This document shows positions 46,339 to 56,057 of a DNA stretch of 64,000 nucleotides, in pieces. This DNA is from an uncultured Acidimicrobiaceae bacterium (lineage in GTDB: Bacteria > Actinomycetota > Acidimicrobiia > Acidimicrobiales > UBA8190): NCBI GenBank assembly GCA_963737015.1, contig CAVTQZ010000001.1, forward strand, positions 1,375,772 through 1,439,771. The letters run 5' to 3'. The notes beneath the pieces are model-generated. The model did not search any database. It was not told the DNA's origin and saw only the letters and a program-made list of their open reading frames with translations. A program made the position numbers and the translations under genes. Position 1 is the stretch's first letter, and every line of letters begins with the position of its first letter.

Positions 46339-48503
46339 CCCGGCACCGTCGCGGCACCGACGACGCTGCCGGCGTAGTGCGGGACGGTCCCGGCGACGTC
46401 ACCGAACTGCGGGGCATCACCGAAGGGAAGCGCGCGGCCGTTTCGGGTCACGATCAGGTAGCCGTTGCCTGTCTCGGTCGGCACGACCGCGGCGGCGCTG
46501 CCGGGGGCTCCGATCTGAGGCAGCGAACCGTAGTAAGCGGCGTCTCCGAAGGTGAAGATCCCGCCGTCCGCGCCCACGAGCCAGTAACCGCCGCCGTCGG
46601 GGGTCGCTGCCATCCCCACGATCGGTTGTGCGAGGTGGGTACCGGGCGGAAGGACACCCGGCACCGAGCCGTGGAACGCTGCGTCTCCGAAGCTGAAGAT
46701 CCCGCCGTCCGCGCCCACCATCCAGTAACCACCGCCGTCGGGGGTGGCGGCCATTCCGACTACGGGTTGCACGAGACGCGTACCAGGCGCGAGAACGCCC
46801 GGCACCGATCCGTGGAACGCCGCGTCGCCGAAGCTGAAGATGCCGCCGTCTGCCGCATCCATCCAGTAGCCACCGGCGTCGGCGGTCGCGGCCATTCCGA
46901 CCACGGGCTGGACGAGATGCGTACCAGGCGGAAGGACACCCGGCACCGAGCCGTGGAACGCGGCGTCGCCGAAGCTGAAGATGCCGCCGTCTGCTGCGTC
47001 CATCCAGTAACCCTTGCGATCCGAGGTCGCAGCCATACCGACCACGGGTTGTGCGAGCTTCGTCCCCGGCGCCAGCGCTCCGGGCACCGAACCGTAGAAG
47101 GCCGCGTTCCCGAAGCTGAATATCCCGCCGTCAGCCGCCGCCAGCCAGTATCCGCCGACACCACCGCTCGGCTGGCTCTCGACCTCGAACCAGTCACTGA
47201 TCGCGTAACCGTCGAGCCCGTAATTGGCGAAGTCGGAGGCGAATTGGTCACCGGTCAGGTTGACCGTGGCGGAGCTCCCCACGAGCGACATCTCGAGGAC
47301 TCTGCCGCCGAAGTCGCCGTCGGCGTTTCGCTGTGTCACGTCCACCGACTGCAACGTCGCGAGCTGAGGGAACTGCGAGGTGACGGCCGAGACCGGAATC
47401 GACACCTGGTACTGGTGGTAAGGGTTGCAGACTCCGTCCGCGCATACCGAGTCCCCGGAGTCCGCTACGGCATTGAAGGTCCCCGGCGCGCTGTACCCGC
47501 CGGAAGACGCCGAGTACTCGGTCCTCGCCACGGAACCGTTCGGCATCAACACGACCTGTCCGCCTCCGCTGCCATTGCCGGCGGGCACCTCGGTGTCGAG
47601 CACCGCATCGTCGGTCGTGGCGTTCTCGTCGGCGGTCCCCGGATAGCTCTGACACGCGGTGGAGTCGCAGGTGTCGGCGTAGCCGCCGTAGGCGCCTGGA
47701 CCGCTCGCCGCATAAGAGCGTGTCGCCACCACCTGCGCCTCGGTCTGCTGGAACCCCCACGGTTCGTTCTGCGGCGCGCCCGAGGTCGACCCGATGGTGC
47801 CCCAACTGGCGGGGGACTCAGCCGGCGCGGAGTCCGCCACGTACCAGTCGAGCGGCAGCACGTTCACCGTGCGATCCTGGCCGAGCGAGTTCTGTGTCGC
47901 TTCGACGTCCCCGCGCAACTGCTCGTTACCGGTGGCCCGGCAGAGGAGCAGGGCCTTCTTCGAAAGTGTGCCGTCGTCGGGGAAAGGCTCGCCGACACCG
48001 GGGGCCGCGACAGGGTCGCTCGTGACGGAGCTCGGGCTCGCCGGCCATGGCCCACCGCAACCACCGCTCACGTACACGTTGGCGCTCGACGCGCTCTCAG
48101 GCACGATCTCGGCGGCCTGCCCCGCACCCACCTGCGTCGTCCCCACGGTGAACGGGCTCTGCGAAGTGACGATCGGGAAGTTTCCGTCGTTCCACGTGAG
48201 GTCGACCTTCACGTCCGAGGCCTCGGGGTTGGAGGCGGGCAGGGTGCCGATCGTCGTCGTGCCGCCGGCGGAGAGCGATCCGTAGTAGTGCGACACGATC
48301 TGCTGCCAGGTCCACCCGCTCAACGCGTATCCGAGGGAGCCGTACTGACCCATCCCCCGCCCGTGGCCGTAGCCGTGAACCTCCAGAGCGACGACCGACG
48401 ACGGGTAAGCACCTGCTTCGGGCGCCGAGGAGGGCGAGGCTGCGAGGAGCCCCCCGGCGACGAGTCCGAGAAGGAGAAGGGACCCGGTCCGTTTCGGACC
48501 CAT
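46335..48503 (-). CDS. Secreted SpoIID/LytB-domain protein with C-terminal tandem 42-47-aa beta-propeller-like repeats
   Basis: Signal peptide (MGPKRTGSLLLLGLVAGGLLAASPSSA), SpoIID signature HGYGHGRGMGQYGS, then about 6 repeats of GYW(M/L)xxADGGIFSFGDAAFHGSVPGVLxPGTxLxQPVVGMAAT. Confidence 0.7.
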   Translation of the reverse strand: MGPKRTGSLLLLGLVAGGLLAASPSSAPEAGAYPSSVVALEVHGYGHGRGMGQYGSLGYALSGWTWQQIVSHYYGSLSAGGTTTIGTLPASNPEASDVKVDLTWNDGNFPIVTSQSPFTVGTTQVGAGQAAEIVPESASSANVYVSGGCGGPWPASPSSVTSDPVAAPGVGEPFPDDGTLSKKALLLCRATGNEQLRGDVEATQNSLGQDRTVNVLPLDWYVADSAPAESPASWGTIGSTSGAPQNEPWGFQQTEAQVVATRSYAASGPGAYGGYADTCDSTACQSYPGTADENATTDDAVLDTEVPAGNGSGGGQVVLMPNGSVARTEYSASSGGYSAPGTFNAVADSGDSVCADGVCNPYHQYQVSIPVSAVTSQFPQLATLQSVDVTQRNADGDFGGRVLEMSLVGSSATVNLTGDQFASDFANYGLDGYAISDWFEVESQPSGGVGGYWLAAADGGIFSFGNAAFYGSVPGALAPGTKLAQPVVGMAATSDRKGYWMDAADGGIFSFGDAAFHGSVPGVLPPGTHLVQPVVGMAATADAGGYWMDAADGGIFSFGDAAFHGSVPGVLAPGTRLVQPVVGMAATPDGGGYWMVGADGGIFSFGDAAFHGSVPGVLPPGTHLAQPIVGMAATPDGGGYWLVGADGGIFTFGDAAYYGSLPQIGAPGSAAAVVPTETGNGYLIVTRNGRALPFGDAPQFGDVAGTVPHYAGSVVGAATVPG
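46338..47213. repeat. Tandem ~126-141-bp coding repeats (about 6 copies) within the SpoIID-domain protein gene
   Basis: Near-identical DNA units recur (e.g. ggcaccgagccgtggaacgc...gccgaagctgaagatgccgccgtc). Related to the repeats at 48521..49310. Confidence 0.6.
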
Positions 48504-48517
48504 CTTCGAAGCGGACG

Positions 48518-50809
48518 TCAGCCCGGCGCCGCCATCGCGACGACCGGGCGGTTGAGCGGCTTGCCGCCCATCGAGCCGTAGTAGCCGGCGTCGCCGAACG
48601 TGAAGATGCCACCGTCGGATGCGACCATCCAGTAGCCCCTGCCGGACGCCGTGGACGCCATACCGACGATCGGCCTGTTGAGCGGCTTTCCACCCATCGA
48701 CCCTAAGTAGGCGGCGTTGCCGAAGGTGAAGATCCCACCGTCCGAGGCGACCATCCAGTAGCCGTTGCCGGCGGGAGTCGATGCCATTGCCACCACCGGC
48801 TGGTTGAGGGGCTTGCCGCCCATCGATCCGTCGTACACGGCGTCGCCGAAGGCGAAGATCCCGCCGTCGGAGGCGACCATCCAGTAGCCCCTGCCATCTG
48901 GTGTCGCGGCCATGCCGACGATCGGCTTGTTCAGCTGCTGACCGGGACGCAGCACACCGGGGACCGAGCCGTAGAACGTCGCATCTCCGAAGGTGAAGAC
49001 GCCACCGTCCGAGGCGACCATCCAGTAGCCCTTACCGCTCGGCGTGGACGCCATCGCCACGACCGGTCGGTTGAGCGGTTTTCCGCCCATCGATCCGTCG
49101 TACGGGGCGTCGCCGAAGTTGAAGATCCCGCCGTCGGAGGCGACCATCCAGTAGCCGCCGTCATCTGGTGTCATCGCCATGCCCACCACCGGCTTGTTCA
49201 ACGTTATTGCGCCGGTCGAACCGCAGAACGGCTGGTTCCCGAAGTTGAAGATGCCGCCGTCCGAGGCGGCCATGTCGTATCCCTGCGGCGAAGAGGGAGC
49301 GCTGCAGGGAACCTCCAAGTTGATCGCGGTCCCGGCGTCACCGGTGAGCTGCGGATCGTGGTGGAACATCGGCCACGAACCGGCCGAGTTCACATTGGAG
49401 CCGTTCGAACCGGTGATCTCGTAGTGGGTCACGACTCCTTTGTTCGAGGAGTTGTAGCCGGCGACAGTGATGCCGATCGAGCCGTTCGGGTCGTCGGTGA
49501 CGAGTGGCGAGCTCTGAAAACCGTCGCCCTGGCCGATGGTGTCCACCAGTTGTCCCGACTTCCCGTCGAAGATCTCGACACCGCTGGTCGTAGGCGCGAT
49601 CACGTCCTGGTAGCCCTGGCCGGTCAGGTCCGCCGCGACGACGGAGCCGATCACCTCGCCCGATGCCGACGCATGCCATATCGCTGCGCCGTTCGAACCG
49701 TTCAACGCCCAGACCGATCCTCCACCCGCGCCGTTGTTGGTTCCTTCCACGACCTGCAGCTGCCCGTTGCCGAGGACGTCCGCCAGGGCGGGACTGCTCG
49801 TCGTGCTCCCGTCGAGTCCGGCCGACCAAACCGGGTTGCAGTGGGAGTCGACTGCGATGAGGTGGTTCGTGGTGGACGCCCCCGAGTAGGTCGCGCCCGT
49901 GCCGAAGACGATTCCCACGTTCTGGCTCGCCCCGAAGAACTCTCCGACGGCGGGAGACGACTGCACCGTCTGATCCGTGTCGTGGTCGCAGACGAGCCCG
50001 CCGTTCGGCACGGGTTGGCCCGCGTTACCCGATGGGCTCAGTACACGGAGGTGGCCACCGTTCGAGTAGTGGGTGCCGTAGGACACACCCGCCGAAGAGT
50101 CGCCGCCCTCGACGATGTCGCTCTGACCGCTGTGGTAGAGGTCGGCGAGCGCTGCCGTCGAGAACATGCTGTCGGCCTCGTACCAGGGGAATCCGCCGAG
50201 CACTCCGCCGTTGGCGGCGTTGAACGCGTACTCCTCCTCACCTAGGGATCCCGCGACGACGTCCGTGCCTCCTTGAAGGCTCCCGACGGCCATCGAAGCC
50301 TGCACGCCGTTGTGGGCGACGGGGTCGGTGCTCGGATTGGTCTCGTTCGAGAACCACTGATTGCCACCCTGCGGACTGATCGCCTGGTAGCCGCCTTCGT
50401 TGGGAGTCGATGCGTTTCCGACTCCCACGAACACCGTGTCGAGGCCCCCGGCGTTGATCGGCGCGACCGAAGGCGTGGAGTCCACCGGTACACCACCCGT
50501 GGAGTACGGCCACCCCGGTACCGTTCCCCCGCCGTTCAGGTAGAAGGCGTAGACGTGTCCCGAGCGATCTCCGACCACCACAGCCTGACCACCGGGAAGG
50601 CTCGCGACGTTCGGCGAGGACAGAGCGATCGGTGAACCGGCGTCGCCGAGGGTCTGCGTCCAGCTCGTGGAGATGTCCAGGGCCGCGGACACGGCAGCGG
50701 CGTGAACGGCACCGAACCCCGCAACCAACGCCCACGAGGCTGTTGTCGCGGTCAGCGCTGAAAGAACGAACGCGCGCCTTACGAGGGATTTTTGGTGCCG
50801 GGGGCCCAC
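48518..50809 (-). CDS. Secreted FG-GAP/VCBS-type beta-propeller protein with 6 C-terminal repeats of the same 42-aa family
   Basis: Proposed GTG start at 50809 gives signal peptide MGPRHQKSLVRRAFVLSALTATTASWALVAGFGAVHA-AAV. FG-GAP-like blades (VVAADLTGQGYQDVIAPTTSGVEIFDGKSG etc.), then 6x GYWMVASDGGIFxFGDAxYxGSMGGKPLNxPVVAMAxTP. The 1186-aa track ORF fuses this gene with the upstream GT2. Confidence 0.6.
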   Translation of the reverse strand: MGPRHQKSLVRRAFVLSALTATTASWALVAGFGAVHAAAVSAALDISTSWTQTLGDAGSPIALSSPNVASLPGGQAVVVGDRSGHVYAFYLNGGGTVPGWPYSTGGVPVDSTPSVAPINAGGLDTVFVGVGNASTPNEGGYQAISPQGGNQWFSNETNPSTDPVAHNGVQASMAVGSLQGGTDVVAGSLGEEEYAFNAANGGVLGGFPWYEADSMFSTAALADLYHSGQSDIVEGGDSSAGVSYGTHYSNGGHLRVLSPSGNAGQPVPNGGLVCDHDTDQTVQSSPAVGEFFGASQNVGIVFGTGATYSGASTTNHLIAVDSHCNPVWSAGLDGSTTSSPALADVLGNGQLQVVEGTNNGAGGGSVWALNGSNGAAIWHASASGEVIGSVVAADLTGQGYQDVIAPTTSGVEIFDGKSGQLVDTIGQGDGFQSSPLVTDDPNGSIGITVAGYNSSNKGVVTHYEITGSNGSNVNSAGSWPMFHHDPQLTGDAGTAINLEVPCSAPSSPQGYDMAASDGGIFNFGNQPFCGSTGAITLNKPVVGMAMTPDDGGYWMVASDGGIFNFGDAPYDGSMGGKPLNRPVVAMASTPSGKGYWMVASDGGVFTFGDATFYGSVPGVLRPGQQLNKPIVGMAATPDGRGYWMVASDGGIFAFGDAVYDGSMGGKPLNQPVVAMASTPAGNGYWMVASDGGIFTFGNAAYLGSMGGKPLNRPIVGMASTASGRGYWMVASDGGIFTFGDAGYYGSMGGKPLNRPVVAMAAPG
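48521..49310. repeat. Tandem ~126-bp coding repeats (6 copies) within the FG-GAP protein gene
   Basis: Units such as ccgccgtcggaggcgaccatccagtagcc...gatcccgccgtc recur with ~126-bp period; same repeat family as 46338..47213. Confidence 0.6.
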
Positions 50810-50820
50810 GCGGCCATACC

Positions 50821-52078
50821 CTAACGGCCGCCCTCCGGACGGTGGCTGATGCCTGGCCCGCCGGTCCGACAGGGCGCGACGTCCCAGGTCGAGTCGGTTC
50901 CTGCCCAACGATCCCAAACCTCTGTCGGTGTCGAAACCCAGTGTCGCCGCATTCGGATCCTCGAGGAGACCGCCCACGGGAGCTTGGCGAAGACCGCTCT
51001 GTTCACCTTCCGGCCGGCATCGCCCGGCACCTCCCGGACCAACGCCTTGCGTGCGACGGACGAAGGCGCGTTTCGCAACAGGCAGAGGATCGCGTTTCGT
51101 TCGGCGAGGAAGCGAACGAACGCATCGTTCACGCCGCCGCTCGTCGCCGAAAGACGGTGCGCCACGGTTGCGCCGGGCTCGTAGAGGACACGCATGCCCG
51201 AAAGACGCGCTCTCAGACACCAGTCGGTGTCCTCGTTGTACGCGAAGAACTCCTCGGCGAAGGAACCGAGGTGGCGCAAGGTCTCGCTGCGGAAAACCGG
51301 GGCTGTCGCGCTCGAAGCCGAAGCGCTCCGCAGCTTCGTCGAAGCGCCCGTCGTCGGGGGCTGCGAACCCGAACTCACCTGCCAGCCCGTAGGGGTCGAG
51401 AAAGGAACCGGCGTGGTTGACGAGGTTGCACACGGTTGTGAACTTCACGATCTCGCCGTTCAACTCGACGCGTGGTGTCTCGGTTCGGGGAGCCTGCGGC
51501 TTTTCTCGTAGCCCCTGCGCGAACCCGGGGAGAGGCACGTAGAAGGGCCGCTCCCCCGACGTCCAGCGCCACCGCTCACCGTTTGCTTTCTCGACGCCGT
51601 AGACACCGGGGCCCAACAGCTCGTCCAGAACGTCGCGGCCGTCCACCGTCACCGATTTCAGCTGCCGCCCGAGAGGACGCGGGTCGCCGGGCGCGAACCA
51701 CGGCTCGTCGCCGAGGACTATCTCACCGAAAGTGCGATCGAGAATCACCTTCGGGGTGACCGCAGCGACATCCGGATTCGCGAGCATTCTCTGTGCCGAG
51801 CTGATCCATTGCGCGCCCGCGACGGCATCGTCGTTCAAGATCCCGACCAGATCACCTTTGATATGCCGCAGTCCGAGTGCGACTCCTCCCGCGAACCCGA
51901 TGTTCGTCTCCGAACGCACCGGCTCCGCACCGAGGCGCGAGGCGATCCGCGAGGCTCGGCCCTCCGCCGAGCCGTTGTCGACGACCACGACCTCCGATGC
52001 CTGTGAGAGAGCCGAGGAGATCGAGTCCTCCAGCCAGTCGCCCGGCTTGTAGGAGACGATTACGGCCGACGACCTCAC
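50821..52078 (-). pseudogene. GT2-family glycosyltransferase interrupted by a single-base frameshift
   Basis: N-terminal frame (from ATG 52078) reads MRSSAVIVSYKPGDW...VVVDNGS...NDD... to ~51310. C-terminal frame (ORF 50821..51378) reads APVFRSETLRHLGSFAEEFFAYNEDTDWCLRARLSGMRVLYEPGATVAHR. The frames switch at the G4 run 51299-51302. Confidence 0.6.
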
Positions 52079-54348
52079 CTGCTCGTGCCGCTGCCCACGG
52101 ATTCCTCTACACGCGATGGCGCCGGCGTCCGGCGGCGCCCGCGTCCGAGTCCGAGTCCCAAAAGGCGCCGGTAGTAGGCCTCGGCGCCGTGGACCATCGC
52201 CTTCTGGGTGAATAGCTCCTCGTAGCGTCTGCGCCCGGCTTCGCCGAGCTTGTGACGCAGCCCCTGTGACTCGGCAAGTGCCGCCAAGGCTTCGCTCAGG
52301 GCATCTTCGTCGCCGGGGGGCACGAGGAGGCCGGTCACATGGGGGATGACGATGTCGCGCATCCCGCCGACGTCACCGGCGACTACGGGCTTTGCGAAGA
52401 GCATCGCTTCGAGGAGTATCAGCCCGAACGATTCGTAGCGCGAAGGGGCGACGAGCAGGTCACAGCCCGCGTACAGTTGCCTGAGCTCGTCGTCGTCGAC
52501 AATGCCCGCGAAGCGGACATGGCTAACGGATTCCCCTGCGCTGTCCTCGAAGATCTGGCGGTACGTCTTCCCCGATGGCGCAGCCAGCGCGTCATCCCCG
52601 ACGATGGTGAAAAACAGATCCGGATATCTCTCGACGAGCCCCGGCACGGAGGCGAGGAGCGTGTCGATGCCTTTGCGTGCCTCGAGACGTCCGACGAAAA
52701 GCACGCGCACGAGCCCGTCGGGCGCACGGTCTGCGGCGGTCTCGTGCCGCTCGGCGCTATCCGTGATGCCGTGCGGGACGAGACCTACCCTCGCCCTGTC
52801 GAGCCCGAGCCCGTACTGGCGCTCGACCTCCTCCACCACGTCGTCACCGCAGGCGAGAAAGCCGTCTGCCCGGGAGTAGGTGAAGCGCTCGAGATCTATC
52901 AACTGCCTGAGCACCGGATCGGGACCGTCGAGGGCCTGGGCGAACCCCGGGTCCACACAGGTCACCGTCTTGAGCGGCGTGTACAGGCCCACGACGACCT
53001 CGAACCTGTCGTCTGTGAGCAACGCCACTCCTTCTGAGTCCCAGTTCGGCACCTGAACAAGGTCGACAGGGCGGTGGCGGTCGATCCTTTCGAGCTCGTC
53101 GCGCATGGTCGCGGCGTGATCCCAGATGTGGGGCGGAACGTCGATGCCCGCCGGTAATTCGTGTCTGCGCAGCGGAAGGCGGTGCACCCATACGCGGTCC
53201 TCGAGATCCACCGTCGGGTACTCGGCGCCGCGGGTCAGCACATGGACGAAATGGCCCTCCTCTGCAAGGCCGGTGGCGAGAAGATGCACCACCCGGCCGA
53301 TGCCGTTCACGTGCGAAGGCGGGTACTCCTGGGACAAGAAGCAGAGGTGGAGCTTTCCCGCCGCCGGCCGGAGCGTGGGAAAGGGCATGAAGCTCGGTGG
53401 ATCGGAGAACCATGAGACGGGACGGGTGCGTGGGCCCGTCGTGACGAAGGCCTCGAATCCGGCGTTGGATGCGAGGTGCACGTCGCGCTCGAACTTGCGT
53501 CGGTCCCCTTCCTCGATCAGCTCCATCTGGAGCGCGCGCTCGACCTCGGTCCGCTTCGAACGCACGAAGTCGGCGAGGTCTGCGCTCACAGCCGCGAACG
53601 AGCCGTGGGTGAACCCGTGCTTGAGGGCGAAATAGAACTTGCTCTTGAGCAGCTCGTAATGATCCTTTACGACGTCGTGGCGTTCTCGGGTCGCGCTGGG
53701 GAGAAACTTGTGGTGCACGAACCCGTCGTCCAACCGTCGTATGACCCATCCCGCATCCACCAACCGACGAGCGACATCGCACTCGTCGAGGTAGAAGGCA
53801 AACGTCTCGTCGAAGCCGCCGATGTCGGTGATGGCCTGCCGGCGAAAAGACGAATTCGTCCCGATGTTGTACGGGATGACGTCGATGCCCGGAGCGCAGA
53901 CATAATCGGTGAGATCCTCACCCCGCTCGAGCGCCACCGACACGTTGCCGAACCTGTCCACCGAGCAGTTCCAGGCCTGAACTCGAAAGCCCGTGAAGTC
54001 GTAGACGGGACCTCCGGCCGCGGCGACCTCGGGATCGTCGTATGCACTCGCAAGCACGTCGAGCCATCCCGGATCGGGACAAGCGTCGTCGTCGATGAAG
54101 GCCACCACCTCGCCCGCCGAGAGCTTGATCCCGACGTTCCGCGACCGCGAGAGGTTGCGCTCGTCACAGCGACCGATCTTCACGCGCCGCGCGTAGTCGG
54201 ACAGAACGTGTTCCGTACCGTCGGTCGAGGGGCCGTTCACCACGACGACCTCGAATGCGCGATGGTCAACTTGCTCGAGTGCCGACAAGGTCCTTGCCAG
54301 GCTCTCTGCGCGGTTGTAGGTGTTGATGACAACCGAAAAGCTCCTCAT
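52075..54348 (-). CDS. Bifunctional glycosyltransferase: N-terminal GT2 domain + C-terminal GT4 (GT-B) domain
   Basis: 757 aa; N-terminus SVVINTYNRAESL...VVVNGPSTDGT...DDDA (GT2); C-terminus FVGRLEARKGIDTLL...ESFGLILLEAMLFAKPVVAGDVGGMRDIV (GT4 E-x7-E). ATGA overlaps on both sides. Confidence 0.75.
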   Translation of the reverse strand: MRSFSVVINTYNRAESLARTLSALEQVDHRAFEVVVVNGPSTDGTEHVLSDYARRVKIGRCDERNLSRSRNVGIKLSAGEVVAFIDDDACPDPGWLDVLASAYDDPEVAAAGGPVYDFTGFRVQAWNCSVDRFGNVSVALERGEDLTDYVCAPGIDVIPYNIGTNSSFRRQAITDIGGFDETFAFYLDECDVARRLVDAGWVIRRLDDGFVHHKFLPSATRERHDVVKDHYELLKSKFYFALKHGFTHGSFAAVSADLADFVRSKRTEVERALQMELIEEGDRRKFERDVHLASNAGFEAFVTTGPRTRPVSWFSDPPSFMPFPTLRPAAGKLHLCFLSQEYPPSHVNGIGRVVHLLATGLAEEGHFVHVLTRGAEYPTVDLEDRVWVHRLPLRRHELPAGIDVPPHIWDHAATMRDELERIDRHRPVDLVQVPNWDSEGVALLTDDRFEVVVGLYTPLKTVTCVDPGFAQALDGPDPVLRQLIDLERFTYSRADGFLACGDDVVEEVERQYGLGLDRARVGLVPHGITDSAERHETAADRAPDGLVRVLFVGRLEARKGIDTLLASVPGLVERYPDLFFTIVGDDALAAPSGKTYRQIFEDSAGESVSHVRFAGIVDDDELRQLYAGCDLLVAPSRYESFGLILLEAMLFAKPVVAGDVGGMRDIVIPHVTGLLVPPGDEDALSEALAALAESQGLRHKLGEAGRRRYEELFTQKAMVHGAEAYYRRLLGLGLGRGRRRTPAPSRVEESVGSGTSR

Positions 54349-55676
54349 CCCGGTCCCACCGCCGTCGTCGATGCCTCGGACACCGCCGACAGCTCCGACA
54401 AACGATCGGCCGCCACCTCGCGCAGTCGGGGGGTGGATCCGAGGTCGGTACTACCGGCCAGATCCAAGAGAAGCTCGATGAACCCCCGCTCGTAAGCCGT
54501 CTCCGAGTAGTCCCTCAGGTGCCGCTCGACCTCTGTCGACCATTGGTCGAAGCTGCGCTCTCCCCTGTCCGTGAGGAAGGCGGGCGGGAGGCCGGCGCGT
54601 GATGATTCACCGATCCTCTGAGCGAAGTCAGCGATCGCGCCGGCCAAGGCCTTTACATCTCCGGTTGGAACGACGGTACCGAGGCCGGCGCAGATCTTGG
54701 GGAGGTTGCCCGCATCTGACGCGATCACGTAACAGCGCGCCGATAGGGCTTCCACGACGGGCACGCAGTATCCCTCGTGATACGACGGCACGACGAGGGC
54801 ATCGCTTTCCTCGTAGAGCGCTTCCACCTCCGCGTCTGATGGGCTCGTAATGATGCGAAGGCGTTCGCCAAATCGCCCGGCGGCGGTTCGCACCCGCGCG
54901 ATCACGCTCTGGTCCGAGAAGACGAGATTCCCGGCCAGGGTGAGATCGAAGTTGTCTTCTCCCGCTTCCCACAGTTCGCAAGCGGCTCTCAACAAGTCGA
55001 GAACGCCCTTGGCTCGTATAAGGCGGCCGAGGTACAAGAGCCGGGCCCGTCCGGGCGCCCGGCTGGTCGAGCCTGCTTCGTCCCATCCGCGTCTTCGGTC
55101 ACCACGCGGATGATGTGACGGAGGGAGGTGCAGCACGGACAGCCGATCCGCCGGGATCCCGAGGCTCAGAGCCGTCTCGAGGTTGAACTCGCTGTCACAG
55201 ACCACCCGGGTCGCGAGGGCCATGTTGTGGCGTTGGAGCATCGCCGCCTCGCAGGCGACCTTGGTTGCCGCGTCATCCACGAGCTCCGGTGGCGTCGTGT
55301 TGTGTTCGACCACCGCCGATGCCCTACCCTCCGGGACCACGAACAACGAATCGAACAGCTCGTACGGCATGGCGAATTCGAAGATATAGACGTCGGCTTC
55401 CCAGAAATAGTCGTGACGCAACAGGTCAGACACGATCTGGGACGAGGTGATCTCGGGTGCGATGTACTCGCTCGCTTGTGCGAACAACCTGACTTCGATC
55501 GGCGCTCCACGCCGTCTCAGGCTCCGAAGAATCTCGAGCTTGCGCCCGAGGCTGTCGGACACAGCGTCATGTTGGACGAAGATGCCCGAGCACAGGAGAA
55601 CCTTCAGCTCGCGGCCGCCGACCTCGGATGCGTTACCGGGCGCGCTCGACCGCCCCTCAAGGGTCACCGACGCCAT
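54345..55676 (-). CDS. GT4-family glycosyltransferase
   Basis: 443 aa; LYLGRLIRAKGVLDLL...SYHEGYCVPVVEALSARCYVIASDAGNLPKI. Confidence 0.75.
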   Translation of the reverse strand: MASVTLEGRSSAPGNASEVGGRELKVLLCSGIFVQHDAVSDSLGRKLEILRSLRRRGAPIEVRLFAQASEYIAPEITSSQIVSDLLRHDYFWEADVYIFEFAMPYELFDSLFVVPEGRASAVVEHNTTPPELVDDAATKVACEAAMLQRHNMALATRVVCDSEFNLETALSLGIPADRLSVLHLPPSHHPRGDRRRGWDEAGSTSRAPGRARLLYLGRLIRAKGVLDLLRAACELWEAGEDNFDLTLAGNLVFSDQSVIARVRTAAGRFGERLRIITSPSDAEVEALYEESDALVVPSYHEGYCVPVVEALSARCYVIASDAGNLPKICAGLGTVVPTGDVKALAGAIADFAQRIGESSRAGLPPAFLTDRGERSFDQWSTEVERHLRDYSETAYERGFIELLLDLAGSTDLGSTPRLREVAADRLSELSAVSEASTTAVGPG

Positions 55677-55685
55677 TGAGGGTGT

Positions 55686-56057
55686 CTAATCGTTCGTTCC
55701 GTCGCCGACGAGTCGCGGCGCGGGGTGATCGGGCACCTCGTCGTCCCGAGCCGAGACAACCTCGCCCAGAAGGTCGATTTGGCGTTCGATGACTTCGAGT
55801 CTCTCTGAGAGCTCGGCCAATACCTTCCGGCGTTCTTCACCGAGCGTCCTTGCTCCTACCCGTGCCTCGGCGTTCTGGGAGGACAGGGCGCTCAGGACCG
55901 CCGAGATCGAACGGTCGATGTCACGCCGCAACTCGGTTGTCGTGCTCCGCAGCGCGCCGAGCTGCTCGACGAGAGGCGCCTGGCGGAACGCGATCCGGCG
56001 GTCGACGAAGCGGATGATCGGACGGGCCGTCGCCCTGAACCAGGATTTCGGGTTCAC
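55686..56057 (-). CDS. Hypothetical coiled-coil protein
   Basis: 123 aa, heptad-like; between two GT genes in the same operon and immediately downstream of the GT stop at 56058. Confidence 0.4.
   Translation of the reverse strand: MNPKSWFRATARPIIRFVDRRIAFRQAPLVEQLGALRSTTTELRRDIDRSISAVLSALSSQNAEARVGARTLGEERRKVLAELSERLEVIERQIDLLGEVVSARDDEVPDHPAPRLVGDGTND

Noticed and set aside
46092-48581. 829-aa plus-strand ORF overlapping the SDR and SpoIID-repeat protein genes
   Set aside because: Antisense to strongly supported minus-strand genes and of low-complexity Arg-rich composition; a GC-rich antisense artefact.
48518-52078. 1186-aa minus-strand ORF as a single giant protein
   Set aside because: It is a read-through fusion: the GT2 N-terminal frame lacks a stop after its frameshift and runs across the intergenic gap into the secreted FG-GAP protein gene. 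The middle ~150 codons are Arg-rich non-coding-like sequence.
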